From an uncultured Chloroflexia bacterium (lineage in GTDB: Bacteria; Chloroflexota; Limnocylindria; Limnocylindrales; CSP1-4): a DNA stretch of 64,000 nt. Position 1 is the first letter of the stretch; each line of letters opens with the position of its first letter. The DNA is taken from NCBI GenBank assembly GCA_963699965.1, contig CAVOVX010000006.1, positions 159,315 through 223,314 of the forward strand. Reading direction: 5' to 3'. Shown in pieces: positions 26,389-36,584 of the stretch. The position numbers were made by a program, and so were the translations under genes. The notes under the pieces were generated by a model, which saw only the letters and a list, made by a program, of their open reading frames with translations, made no database searches and was not told where the DNA came from.

Positions 26389-27049
26389 GTGGATCCCGGC
26401 GGCGTCGCGGTCATCGACGCGGTGGACAGGCTCGACGAGGCCACGCTGGCGATCGCCGTCGACGAGCTGGCCGCTCGCGATCCCGACCTGGCCGCGATCG
26501 TGGCGCGCTGGGGTCCGCCGCCGCTCTGGGATCGGGCGCCCGGGTTCCCGACCCTCGTCCACATCATCCTCGAGCAGCAGGTCTCGCTCGCTTCGGCGCA
26601 GGCGGCCTTCGATCGGCTGCGCGTCGCGGCGGACCCGCTCACCCCGAACCGGTTCCTTGAGCTGAGCGACGCCGAACTGCTCGCGATCGGGTTCAGCCGC
26701 CAGAAGGCGCGCTACGGCCGTGAGCTCGCGACGGCCGTGATCGACGGGACGCTCGTGCTCGACCGCCTGCCCGGGCTCAACGACGACGCCGTCCACGCCG
26801 CGCTCATCGCCGTACCAGGGATCGGGCCCTGGACGGCGGCGGTCTACCTGCTCATGGTCCTCGGCCGGCCCGACGTCTGGCCGATCGACGACATCGCGCT
26901 GGCCCAGGCGGTCGCCGAGGTCAAGGGCCTCGACCGGCGGCCCGGTCCGCGCGAGATGATCGAGTTTGGGCGAGCCCTGGCGACCCTGGCGTTCGGTCGC
27001 CGCCCGCCTCCTCTGGCACGACTACCTGAGCCGCCGCGGCCGGACCTGA
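26389..27049 (+). pseudogene. DNA-3-methyladenine glycosylase II-like HhH-GPD protein (AlkA C-terminal domain type), frameshifted near 26975
   Basis: Motifs are ILEQQVSLASAQAAF, FSRQKARY, VPGIGPWTAAVYLL and DVWPIDDIAL. The expected end WRPWRSVAARLLWHDYLSRRGRT* is in the +1 frame, with its stop at 27047-27049. Confidence 0.75.
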
Positions 27050-27104
27050 GCTTGCCGTCGCGCCCGCCGGCCGGAACCCGCGCAAGGTCCTGGCTGCGCC
27101 CGGC

Positions 27105-28831
27105 TCAGACCCCGGCGCCGGCCCGCTCCCGGTCCTTGAGGATCTGGCCGGCCGCGAGCTTGCCCGGCGCGCCCATCACGCAGCCGCCGGGGTGGGTGCC
27201 CGACCCGCACTGGTAGTAGCCATCGATCGGGGTCCGGTACTGCGACCAGCCGGGGGCGGGCCGGAAGAAGAACATCTGCGGGGCGAGGAACTCGCCGGCG
27301 AAGATGTTGCCCTCGGACAGCCCGACGGTCCGCTCGATGTCGAGCGGCGTCCGGACCTCGCGCTGGAGGACGAGGTCGCCGAAGCCGGGGAAGAACGACT
27401 CGAGCGTCGCCTGGACCGTGTCGCCGAGGTTGTCCTTCTCGGTGTCCCAGTCGCTCTCGCGGAGGTGGTACGGGGCGTACTGGACGAAGCAGCTCATGAC
27501 CGCCTTGCCGGGCGGCGCCATGTCCGGGTCGACCATCGACTGGACGGCGCAGTCGAGATACGGCCGCTTCGAGTACCAGCCGTACTTCGCGTCGTCGTAG
27601 GCCCGCTCGAGGTATTCCATCGACGGCCCGATGTTGGTGAAGCCGCGGTACTGGTCCGTGCGGTCTCCGAGCGCCGGGTACCTCGGCGGCGCGTCGAGCG
27701 CGAAGTTGACCTTGGCCGACGTGCCCTGGAAGCGGAACCGCTGGATCGTCTCGACGAGATCGGTCGGCAGCTCGCGCGGTTCGACGAGCTCGAGGAACGT
27801 CCGGCGCGGGTCGAGCGCGCTGACGACGACCGGCGCGTGGAACTCGGTCCCGTCGGTCAGGGCGACCCCGGTCGCCTGGCCGTTCTTCGTGATCACGTGG
27901 TCGACCGGCGACTCGAGCCGGATCTCCACCCCGAACGACTGGGCGGCCCGGGCGAGGACCTGGGTGAAGCCGCCATTGCCGCGCTTGTGGAACGACCAGG
28001 CCCCCATCTCGCCGTCGTGCTCGCCGAGGATGTGGTACAGCAGGACGAGCCCCGAGCCCTGCGAGTACGGCCCGACCTTCGTCCCGATGATCGCCGACGA
28101 CGCGAGGTAGCCCTTGAGGATGTCCGACTCGAAGTAGTCGTCGAGGAAGTCGGCCGCCGAGCCGGTCAGCAGGCGGACCGCGTCGTGGAGGACCTTCTTG
28201 TCGAGCTTGCGGAAGCGCGACCCGAGCGCTGCCAGCGCGATGAGCTCCTCGGGGTCGTCGCTGAAGATGTCGGGCGGGACCGTGTCCATCAGCGGCTTCA
28301 TCACCCGGAGGACCTGGTTGACGTCGTGGTTGAACGCGTCGTACGCGTCGGCGTCGTGCTTCGAGTGCCGGGCGATCTCCTTGAGGTTCTCGCCGTGGTC
28401 CTGGCCGAGCAGGAGGTAGTCGCCGTCCTCCTTGGGACAGAACGTGGTCGGCATGAGGATCGGCATGAAGCCGTGCTTGACCAGCTCGAGGTCCTGGACG
28501 ATGTCCGGCCGGAGAAGGCTGAGCGCGTACGAGAACGTCGTGAACCAGAAGCCCGGCCGGAGCTCCTCGGTGATCGCCGCTCCGCCGACAAGGTGGCGCC
28601 GCTCGAGCACGAGCGTCTTCAGCCCGGCCTTGGCGAGGTAGGCGCCGTTCGTCAGCCCGTTGTGCCCGCCACCGATCACGATCGCGTCGTAGCGCCGAGC
28701 CTCGGAACCGCCGGCCCGGATCGGGAGCTCGTCGCTCGGCCGGTCGCGGCGGCTCGGCCGGGCGGCGGGGCGGCGCCGCCCTTCGAACTCGCCGCCCGGC
28801 CCCGCGGGGTGCTCGTCCTGGTCTTCGGCAT
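27105..28831 (-). CDS. Phytoene-desaturase-family FAD/NAD(P)-dependent oxidoreductase (CrtI-like amine-oxidase fold); 5' end unresolved
   Basis: The 524-aa ORF starts inside the Rossmann motif at a GTG within YDAIVIGGGHNG. The same frame is open to about 28826 but has no ATG/GTG. An ATG at 28831..28829 lies 1 nt after the upstream stop but in another frame. This suggests a 1-nt indel near 28825 or a non-canonical start. Confidence 0.8.
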
Positions 28832-28832
28832 G

Positions 28833-30035
28833 TCAGGCGGTCCTTCGCTCGGGGTTGAACAGGGGTGACCGGGTCACGTACGCGTCGAAGTACTCGTAGC
28901 GGTGGTTGACCGCCAGCTCGAGCTTGACCCGCGAACCGGGCGTCAGCCGATCGAGCGGTACCCGGGCCAGCGCGATGTGCCGCTGGAGCATCGGCGAGTA
29001 CATCTGGCTCGTCGCATAGCCGAGCTGGTTGAGCTCGTCGTCGTAGATGTAGTACTCGTCCTGGATCGGGGTGTGGTCCTTCGGCGGGATGAGCCCGGCG
29101 GCATCGTAGATCCGGTCGTAGTCGCGCCAGTCGACGACCAGCCCGGTCAGCTTCCAGCGCGAGGTTCGGTCGGCGATCTCACGCCGGATCGCCTCGTGGC
29201 CGATGAACGCCCGGTCGTCGTTCGCCAGGTCGCGGAACATCCAGCCGAGGCCGAGCTCGATCGGGGTCGTCCGGTCCGCGTCGGTCCAGGCAAACCGGCT
29301 CGAGTGGAAGTCGACGTCGAGCAGGACCAGCCCTGCCTCGATCCGGGCCATGTACAGGGCGGTCATCCCGATCGGGATGATCCCCTGCCCGCGACTGGCC
29401 GCCCAGACCGCGTCGAACACGGTCAGCGCATCGGCGGCCGGGGCCCAGATCTCGAAGCCCAGGTCGCCGGTGAAGCCGGTCCGCGAGACATGGACCGGGA
29501 CGCGGGCGATCGTCGTCGAGGTGAGGCCGAAGTAGGCCAGCGTGGCAACCGTCGGCGCCAGCGAGGCGAGCAGGTCGCGGGAGCGTGGCCCCTGGACGGC
29601 GAGCACCGCCCAGTCCTCGGAGATCTCCTCGATCCCGAGGTCGAGCCGGCCGACGAGCTCCTCGAAGTAGGCCAGGTTCGGCTCGGCCGCCGTCAGCACG
29701 AACTCATCAGGTCCATGGCGGAGGACCACCCCGTCCTCGACGACGAACCCGCGGTCGTCGCACCAGAGCGTGTACTGGGCGTGGCCCGGCTGGCAGGTCC
29801 GGATATCGCGGGCGAGGACCCCGGCCAGGAAGCGCTCCGCGTCGGGGCCGTGGATCCGGTACTTGAACAGCGGCGACGAGTCGAACAGCCCGGCGGCATT
29901 GCGGATGGCGAAGTACTCGAACTTGTCGGACGACTGGTAGCGGGTCGCCGTCAGGTAGCTCGACCAGTGCTCCCACAGGCCCGTCTCGTTGAGCGGCCCG
30001 AGCCGCTCGTGGAAGGGCGTCGTCCGGATCATCAA
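28833..30035 (-). CDS. Aminomethyltransferase (GcvT) family, folate-binding protein
   Basis: 400-aa ORF. Motifs are AIRNAAGLFDSSPLFKYRIHGPDAERFL, VSRTGFTGDLGFEIW, and the C-terminal barrel region SQMYSPMLQRHIALARV. Confidence 0.85.
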   Translation of the reverse strand: MMIRTTPFHERLGPLNETGLWEHWSSYLTATRYQSSDKFEYFAIRNAAGLFDSSPLFKYRIHGPDAERFLAGVLARDIRTCQPGHAQYTLWCDDRGFVVEDGVVLRHGPDEFVLTAAEPNLAYFEELVGRLDLGIEEISEDWAVLAVQGPRSRDLLASLAPTVATLAYFGLTSTTIARVPVHVSRTGFTGDLGFEIWAPAADALTVFDAVWAASRGQGIIPIGMTALYMARIEAGLVLLDVDFHSSRFAWTDADRTTPIELGLGWMFRDLANDDRAFIGHEAIRREIADRTSRWKLTGLVVDWRDYDRIYDAAGLIPPKDHTPIQDEYYIYDDELNQLGYATSQMYSPMLQRHIALARVPLDRLTPGSRVKLELAVNHRYEYFDAYVTRSPLFNPERRTA

Positions 30036-30236
30036 GCAGCCTCTGTGCGGGATTCGGTCGTTCGTCGGACCGCCGGCATCACGAGCGTCACCCGGCTTCC
30101 GGCCCGGCCCACGGTAGGGTGTCGCCCCGACGTTGCGGGCGGCTGTCTAGGCTGGTGGGACAGCCCGGCGTCGGTCGACTGGGCGAAGGCTCGCGGTCCC
30201 GCCGAGCCGTCGGCTCGTTGGTCAGCGAGCCGGCGG

Positions 30237-31419
30237 TCAGGCGGAGCCGGCGGCCTCGCGGGCGGACGCGAAGCTGCGCAGGCCGCGCTCGACCATCTCC
30301 TCCGACGCGGTCAGGCTGATCCGGAACCAGCCCGGCACCTCGACGATGGTCCCGGGCAGGACGAGCGCCCCGTGGCTCGCGAGCAGATCGGCGAAGGCCA
30401 TGTCGTCGGGGATCGGCGAGCGGGCCATCACGTAGAACGTGCCCTCCGGCATCGTCGTCTCGTAGCCCATTGCCCTGAGCGCGGGCACGAGTCGATCGCG
30501 GCGGCGCTCGAGGGCGCCGATGTCGATCGACAGCCGCTCGAGATCCTCGATCGCGTGCTGGAGTAGCGCGTTCGGGAACGCATAGCCGGTCGCCATCTGG
30601 CTCAGCAGAATGGCCGAGCGGAGGGCTTCGCGGTCGGGCATCGTCGGCGGGACCGTGACGTAGCCGATGCGCATCCCGGGAGCGAGCAGGGTCTTGCCGT
30701 ACGAGTAGGTGATGATCGTGTTCGGGTAGACCTCGGCCGGGCTGTGGAAGTCGATGCCGTCGAACACGATCCGGTTGTACGGCTCGTCGCTCACCACGAA
30801 TGATCGGCCGGTCGCGACCTGCGGACCGTCGGGCGAGCATGTCGCCCAACGCCCGCAGCTGCTCGAGCGGGTAGATCCGCCCGGTCGGGTTGTGCGGGGT
30901 GTTCACGAGGACCGCCCGGGTCCGGGGCGTGATCGCGGCCTCGATCGCGGCCACGTCGAGATCGAAGGCCGGGGGCTCGAGCCGGACCCGGACCGGCACG
31001 CCGTCGGCGGCGACGATCAGCAGCTCGTAGAAGAACCACGGCGGCGACGGGAAGATGACCTCGTCGCCGGGCTCGAGGATCGCCCGCATCGTCACGGCGA
31101 GCGCGGCAAATCCGCCGTTCGTCATCGCGACGTCGGCCGGATCCCAGTCGAGGCCCGTTCGCGCGGTCTGGCTGCGGGCGACCGCGGCCTGTGCGTTCGG
31201 CTCGCTCATCTTGTAGGCGAACCAGTCCTTGTCCTGCGGAGCCAGCGCCTTGTGAAGCGCGTCAACGTAGGCCGGCAGGGGCATCTCTTGCGGGTTGCCG
31301 ACCGCGAAATTGGCGATCGACGGATCACCGCCCCACTTGACGAACGAACCCTGGAAGAACGAGAGGAACGGCCCGATCGTCGCCACCAGCCGATCGTTCC
31401 GTCGAAGCGTCGTAGCCAT
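30237..31419 (-). pseudogene. Class I/II pyridoxal-phosphate aminotransferase, frameshifted near 30800
   Basis: The N-terminal frame reads NFAVGNPQ...MTNGGFAALAV...LVNTPHNPTGRIY. After the shift it reads VVSDEPYNRIVFDG...TYSYGKTLLAPGMRIGY...PGWFRISL (ORF 30237..30797). The ATG at 31419 has GGAGG 7 nt upstream. Confidence 0.85.
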
Positions 31420-31512
31420 CACGGGACCTCCTGGCCCGAGGATAGCCGCTCGCGAGTCATGGGATCGGCGCATCATCCGGGCTGACGGCTGAGCGAGGCA
31501 GGGAGGCACGCG

Positions 31513-32406
31513 ATGAGGATCGGCGTCATCGTCCCGCAGGGATGGGTCGGCGAGTACGACGGCTGGGAGCCGCTCGCTGCCTGGGGCCGCACGACCGAGG
31601 TCGCGCTCCAGGCCGAACGACTCGGGTTCGAGTCGATCTGGCTATTCGACCACTTCCACACCGTGCCCCGTCCGACCGACGAGATCACGTTCGAGTCGTT
31701 CACCGCGCTGTCGGCGCTCGCCGCCCTCACCAAGCGGGTTCGGATCGGGCACATCGTGATCTGCACCGCCTTCCGTAACCCCGCCCTGACGGCCAAGATG
31801 ATCTCCACGATGGACGTGATCAGCGGTGGCCGGATGGAGCTCGGGATCGGTGCCGGCTGGAAGCAGGACGAGTGGCTGGCCTATGGCTACGGCTTCCCCG
31901 AGACCGCCGAACGACTCGCCCGGCTCGGCGACGACCTCGAGGTCATCGTCCGGATGCTCGCCGGCGACAAGCACGACCACGCGACGTACGAGGGCCGGTT
32001 CTCGGGCGTCCGCGACGCGATCAACGTTCCGAAGCCGATCCAGCAGCCGCGCGTCCCGATCATGGTCGGCGGCAACGGGCCGAACGTGACCTGGCGGCTG
32101 GCCGCCCGTCATGCGGAGGAGCTCAACCTCGACGGGATGCTGCCGAAGGAGGTCCTCGAGGCGCGACCGGTCATCGACTCGCGCTGCGAGGAGATCGATC
32201 GTGACCCGGCGACCCTGGCCCGCTCGGTCCACATCTGGAGCGAGCTCCTGCCGGCCCCCGGCCAGGCCCGGGTCGATCTCCTGGCCGGCTACCGCGAGGC
32301 CGGGGTCGACCGGGTGATGTCGATCATCCGGAGCTCCGTCACGGACGACGAGGCGCTCGGGTCGCTGGCCCAGGATGCCCGCGCCGCGGGACTCGAGCTG
32401 GCCTGA
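31513..32406 (+). CDS. LLM-class (luciferase-like) F420-dependent oxidoreductase
   Basis: 297 aa. Motifs are FESIWLFDHF, ALSALAALTKRVRIGHIV, GRMELGIGAGW and PIMVGGNGP. Confidence 0.85.
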   Translation: MRIGVIVPQGWVGEYDGWEPLAAWGRTTEVALQAERLGFESIWLFDHFHTVPRPTDEITFESFTALSALAALTKRVRIGHIVICTAFRNPALTAKMISTMDVISGGRMELGIGAGWKQDEWLAYGYGFPETAERLARLGDDLEVIVRMLAGDKHDHATYEGRFSGVRDAINVPKPIQQPRVPIMVGGNGPNVTWRLAARHAEELNLDGMLPKEVLEARPVIDSRCEEIDRDPATLARSVHIWSELLPAPGQARVDLLAGYREAGVDRVMSIIRSSVTDDEALGSLAQDARAAGLELA

Positions 32407-32414
32407 GGCTCGCC

Positions 32415-33266
32415 GTGGCCACGGTCGAGCGACTCGCGACGGTCGACGAGTTCATCGAGGCCGCGGGCGCGTTCCTGGTCGAGCGCGAGGCGGAGCACAA
32501 TCTCATCCTCGGGATCTGCTCGAACCTCATGGCGGGTGTCCGCCCGGCGGAGGACGACTCGATCGAGTTCCTCGTCGTCCGGGTGTCGGGACCGATCGTC
32601 CTCGCGGCGATCCGCACGCCGCCCCACAACCTCGTGTTGTCCGAGGTCGACCGGGGCGACGCCGTACCCGCCCTGGCCGAAGCCCTGGCGGGCGCCAACC
32701 TGCCGGGCGTCCTGGGCCCGACCGACCATGCCGGCTCGTTCGCCCAGCACTGGGGCGCGGAGGCGGGGCGGACGCCGATCCTCGAGATGCGCGAGCGGAT
32801 CTTTCGGCTGTCCGCGGTCCGGCCGCCGGCGCGCCCAGCCGGCGGTCGGCTCAGGGTCGCCGGCCCGGAGGATCGCGGTCTCGTCATCGACTGGTATGCG
32901 GCCTTCCTCCGCGAGGCACTCCCGCCGAGCACCCCGCCGATCAGGCCCGAGCTCATCGACCGGCGGATCGCACTGGGCGGGGTGTTCCTGTGGGACGACC
33001 CGGTACCCGTCTCGCTGACCGTCGTCGGCTCGCGGACGCCCAACGGCGCCCGGGTCGGGCCCGTCTACACGCCGCCCGAGCTGCGCGGCCGTGGCTACGC
33101 CTCCGCCTGCGTCGCGGGCGCCAGCCAGGCCCAGCTGGATGCCGGACGGTCGTTCCTCTTCCTGTTCACCGACCTCGCCAATCCGACCTCGAACCATATC
33201 TACCAGGAGATTGGCTACGAGCCGATCCGCGACATCGACTCCTGGCGATTCGACCGCGACACGTGA
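32415..33266 (+). CDS. GNAT family N-acetyltransferase (C-terminal GNAT, N-terminal helper domain)
   Basis: The C-terminus reads VGPVYTPPELRGRGYASACVAGASQ...LFLFTDLANPTSNHIYQEIGY, which includes the acetyl-CoA P-loop-like R/Q-x-x-G-x-G/A motif. Confidence 0.65.
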   Translation: MATVERLATVDEFIEAAGAFLVEREAEHNLILGICSNLMAGVRPAEDDSIEFLVVRVSGPIVLAAIRTPPHNLVLSEVDRGDAVPALAEALAGANLPGVLGPTDHAGSFAQHWGAEAGRTPILEMRERIFRLSAVRPPARPAGGRLRVAGPEDRGLVIDWYAAFLREALPPSTPPIRPELIDRRIALGGVFLWDDPVPVSLTVVGSRTPNGARVGPVYTPPELRGRGYASACVAGASQAQLDAGRSFLFLFTDLANPTSNHIYQEIGYEPIRDIDSWRFDRDT

Positions 33267-33321
33267 CGCCGACGCGACGTGGGTGGGGCATGATCCGGGA
33301 TCCAACGACCGTGACGGTTCG

Positions 33322-34344
33322 ATGGGGGTGACGCCCATGATCGAGGGGAGGGAAGAAACCATCCGGGTCCCCAAGGCTCCGAACATCCCGGGGCTGCGGT
33401 TCCGCCACTTTCGAGGCGAGGCCGACCTGCCCGGCATCGTCGCGGTCGGGCTCGCTGCCCTGGCCGCCGACGGCCTTGACTACATCCCGACGATCGAAGG
33501 CCTGGCGAACGAGCTCGCGCATCCCGTCAACGAGGATCCGGCGCGCGACCTCATCGTCGGCGAGCACGCCGGGCGGATCGTTGCCTACGCGCGGGCGAGC
33601 TGGGCGATCCGGGACGGCGATTACGCATACGTCACAAGCGGCGAAGTGGACCCGATCATCCGGCGCCGCGGGATCGGCGGGGCCCTCCTCCGTGCTCAGC
33701 AAGATCGACTTCGGGCGATCGCGGCTGGCCACCCGAGCGATGTCGGGCACAGCTTCCAGGCCTGGCTGTTCGACGGCCAGGTCGGAGCAGAGGCCCTGCT
33801 CCGCTCCGACGGCTACGAACCGATCCGCTGGTTCGCCGAGATGGACCGCAGGCTCGACCTGCCGATCCCGGCCCGGGTGCTGCCAGACGGGCTCGAGGTC
33901 CGCCCGGTCACGGCAGCCGACCACCATCGGATCTTCGACGCGGAGGCCGACGCGTTCAAGGACCACTGGGGCCAACGGGAGTGGATCGAAGCCGACTTTG
34001 ACAGGACATTCGGCGACCCCAATCTCGACACGACCCTGTGGCGCGTGGCCTGGGCCGGAGACCAGGTCGCCGGCGTCATCGTCAACAGCGTGTCGGCCGC
34101 CGAGAACGAGGCGCTCGGCATGAACCGTGGCTGGCTCGACCGGATCAGCGTCCGGCGGCCGTGGCGCAAGCGGGGCGTGGCGAGCGCGCTGATCGTCAGC
34201 TCGCTCGAGGCGTTTCGTGAGCGGGGCCTCGACACGGCCGCGCTCGGGGTCGATGCCGACAATCCGACCGGCGCGTTCCGGCTCTACGAGAGCCTCGGGT
34301 TCGCGCCGGTCCGTCACGGTCAGGTCCTGGCCCGGAAGCTGTAG
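33322..34344 (+). CDS. Two-domain GNAT acetyltransferase (MshD/mycothiol-synthase-like architecture)
   Basis: Two GNAT cores are present (VDPIIRRRGIGGALL and VRRPWRKRGVASALI...NPTGAFRLYESLGF). The ORF is open from 33091; I chose the ATG at 33322. Confidence 0.65.
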   Translation: MGVTPMIEGREETIRVPKAPNIPGLRFRHFRGEADLPGIVAVGLAALAADGLDYIPTIEGLANELAHPVNEDPARDLIVGEHAGRIVAYARASWAIRDGDYAYVTSGEVDPIIRRRGIGGALLRAQQDRLRAIAAGHPSDVGHSFQAWLFDGQVGAEALLRSDGYEPIRWFAEMDRRLDLPIPARVLPDGLEVRPVTAADHHRIFDAEADAFKDHWGQREWIEADFDRTFGDPNLDTTLWRVAWAGDQVAGVIVNSVSAAENEALGMNRGWLDRISVRRPWRKRGVASALIVSSLEAFRERGLDTAALGVDADNPTGAFRLYESLGFAPVRHGQVLARKL

Positions 34345-34380
34345 CCCGCCCGCCGGCCGAACCTCGCCTATTCTTGGCTC

Positions 34381-35241
34381 GTGAGCCTCTATCAGCTCGA
34401 CGCGCCGAAGGACCTCGTGGCGCCGACGGTCGTCGCCGCGTTCGACGGCTGGGTCGACAGCGGCACGGCCGCAACAGCCGCGGCCGAACACCTGGCCCTC
34501 GGCGGAGCGGTCGTCGCCACGTTCGACGGCGATCTCCTGTTCGACTACCGGGCCCGCCGGCCCACCCTCGACATCGTCGATGGCCGGCTGGCCGAGCTCA
34601 CCTGGCCCGAGCTGACGATGCGCCATGTCCGGCTCGCCGAGCGCGACATCCTGGTCCTGACCGGGGCCGAGCCGGACTTCCGCTGGCGCGAGTTCGCCGC
34701 GTCGATCGTGGAGATCGTCGGGCGCCTCGGCGTCGCCGAGTGGATCAGCCTGGGGGCCATTCCAGCTGCGGTCCCGCACACCCGGTCAGTTCCGATCATC
34801 GGCACCGAGTCGGCGCCGGGCCTGCTCAAGGCGGACGTCCGACCGGGGCCAGCCGGGATCCTGCGAGTGCCCGCGGCCGCGTTGTCGATCCTCGAGCGAG
34901 CCCTCGCCGACGCCGGCACACCGGCGCTCGGCTACTTCGCCCAGGTCCCCCATTACGTGTCCGGTCCGTACCCGGTGGCCACCCTCGCCCTGCTGCGCTC
35001 GATCGAGCGCCATCTCGGGGTCGATGTCCCGGCGATCGCGCTCCAGGAGGAGGCCCGCCAGCTCCGCTCGCGGCTTGACCTGGCGACGGCGGCCGACGAG
35101 TCGACCCGGGCGTACGTCGCGCGGCTCGAGTCGATGGTCGACGAGGAGCGCCTGCCGGCCGGTGACGAGCTGATCTCCGAGATCGAACGGTTCCTCCGGG
35201 ACCGCGGCGCGCCCGGCGGCCCGGGCACGCTGCCGAACTGA
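34381..35241 (+). CDS. PAC2 (proteasome assembly chaperone 2-like) family protein
   Basis: 286 aa. The pattern VVAAFDGWVDSG...LLFDYRARRP...ILVLTGAEPDFRW...VPHYV is typical of actinobacterial PAC2 proteins. Confidence 0.8.
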   Translation: MSLYQLDAPKDLVAPTVVAAFDGWVDSGTAATAAAEHLALGGAVVATFDGDLLFDYRARRPTLDIVDGRLAELTWPELTMRHVRLAERDILVLTGAEPDFRWREFAASIVEIVGRLGVAEWISLGAIPAAVPHTRSVPIIGTESAPGLLKADVRPGPAGILRVPAAALSILERALADAGTPALGYFAQVPHYVSGPYPVATLALLRSIERHLGVDVPAIALQEEARQLRSRLDLATAADESTRAYVARLESMVDEERLPAGDELISEIERFLRDRGAPGGPGTLPN

Positions 35242-35278
35242 CCGAGCGCATGCGGCCCGGTTGCGACGGGAGGCGGCG

Positions 35279-35869
35279 ATGACCGAGAACCGGTCGTGGC
35301 GAGAGCGCTCCGACTGGATCGCCGGCCTGCTCGAGCGACGGACCGGCGAGGGTGTCGACGCCTGGAGCTCGAAGATCCGGGAGCACCACCCCGCCGACGA
35401 GGCCAGCCTCCGGTCGTGGCTGACCGAGCAGGGCGTGACGGGCTACCCGCAGATGCTCCTGGTGATGGAGACGTTCGGGTACCCGGACTACCTCGTCGCA
35501 GGGGCGGACGAGCTGGTCGACGGGCAGTACGCCGATCGACCGGCGCTCCGGCCGATCCTCGACGCGCTGCTCGGCCTGGCGCCCGGGCTCGGCGAAGTCT
35601 CGATCCAGACTCGCAAGGGCTTCGTGACCCTCGTGTCACCACGGCGGACGTTCGCCTCGATCGAGCCGACGACGAAGACACGAGTCGATCTCGGCCTGCG
35701 GCTCGACGGACAGGCCGCCGTCGGCCGGCTCGAAGTAGCCCGAAGCATGGGCAACAGCTCGGTCACCCACCGGATCGGGCTCACGTCGCCGGACGCGATT
35801 GACGACGAGGTCGTCAGCTGGCTCCAGCGCGCCTACGACGCGAACAGCCGAACACTCGAGACCGGCTGA
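35279..35869 (+). CDS. DUF4287/DUF5655-type protein
   Basis: The ATG at 35279 is preceded by GGAGG. The N-terminal part is SLRSWLTEQGVTGYPQMLLV and the C-terminal part is FVTLVSPRRTFASIEPTTKTRVDLGLRL. Family assignment is from memory. Confidence 0.55.
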   Translation: MTENRSWRERSDWIAGLLERRTGEGVDAWSSKIREHHPADEASLRSWLTEQGVTGYPQMLLVMETFGYPDYLVAGADELVDGQYADRPALRPILDALLGLAPGLGEVSIQTRKGFVTLVSPRRTFASIEPTTKTRVDLGLRLDGQAAVGRLEVARSMGNSSVTHRIGLTSPDAIDDEVVSWLQRAYDANSRTLETG

Positions 35870-35920
35870 CGGGATGCGCCGCTTACCCGAGTCGGCGGGC
35901 AGTGACGCACCCCGATGGCT

Positions 35921-36310
35921 TCAGGCCCTGGCGGCGCGCGACCTGACGATCGAGCGAACGGTCAGGAGCAGGACGATCGCGACGATCTGCATCCCGACGA
36001 TCACCCGGCCCACGTCAAGGGCGGGGACCCAGCGGACCTTGTCGTCTTGGAGGACGTAGACGCCGGCCGGCCTCGCGGCGAGACCGAAGCCAGCGCCGCC
36101 CGGAACGCGCGTTGGCGTCTCGCCGGGAGCGTCACCGGTCACCGGGGCCAGTGTCCCCTCGCGGGCGCCACCGCCCCCACCGCCGGCCCCGCCGATGATC
36201 CTGGCGACCGGGATCACCGTGGTGCCGTTCTTGACGACCGGCTCCCCGAACACCCGTCGAGCGGATAGCGTCTCGTCGGCGCGTTCGACGATCGAATCGA
36301 TGGTCATCAT
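35921..36310 (-). CDS. GerW/YtfJ family sporulation-associated protein
   Basis: The sequence RVFGEPVVKNGTTVIPVARIIGGAGGGGGG...GFGLAARPAGVYVLQDDKVRWVPALD is followed by a C-terminal TM segment. Confidence 0.7.
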   Translation of the reverse strand: MMTIDSIVERADETLSARRVFGEPVVKNGTTVIPVARIIGGAGGGGGGAREGTLAPVTGDAPGETPTRVPGGAGFGLAARPAGVYVLQDDKVRWVPALDVGRVIVGMQIVAIVLLLTVRSIVRSRAARA

Positions 36311-36317
36311 CCTGGGC

Positions 36318-36584
36318 CTACCCTTCCTCCACCCGCTCGACCACGATCGTGCAGTGGGTCGCCAGCGCAGCGATCGCCCCGATCGCGGCCCAGACCGGCA
36401 GCAGCACGGCGCCGATGAGGCCGATCGTCAGGGGGAACTCGGCGAGGACGATGCCGTCCTCGTTCTTGATCGACAGCCGTCGGACGTTCCCCTCGCGGAC
36501 GAGCTCGCGCGCCTTGGCCAGCAGCTCCTCGCCGTTGATCCGGAACTCCTCGATCCGAGGTGGTCGGGTCATCGTCTCAGGCAT
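36318..36584 (-). CDS. DUF4342 domain protein
   Basis: The sequence is EEFRINGEELLAKARELVREGNVRRLSIKNEDGIVLAEFPLTIGLIGAVLLPVWAAIGAIAAL. The ATG at 36584 is preceded by GAGGAGG. Confidence 0.65.
   Translation of the reverse strand: MPETMTRPPRIEEFRINGEELLAKARELVREGNVRRLSIKNEDGIVLAEFPLTIGLIGAVLLPVWAAIGAIAALATHCTIVVERVEEG

Noticed and set aside
30036-30236. Glycine riboswitch upstream of the GcvT-family gene
   Set aside because: The minus-strand sequence lacks the conserved GGAGAG...CACCG...CTCTGGAGAG-type cores. Only a weak 7-bp hairpin (30141-30165) is present.
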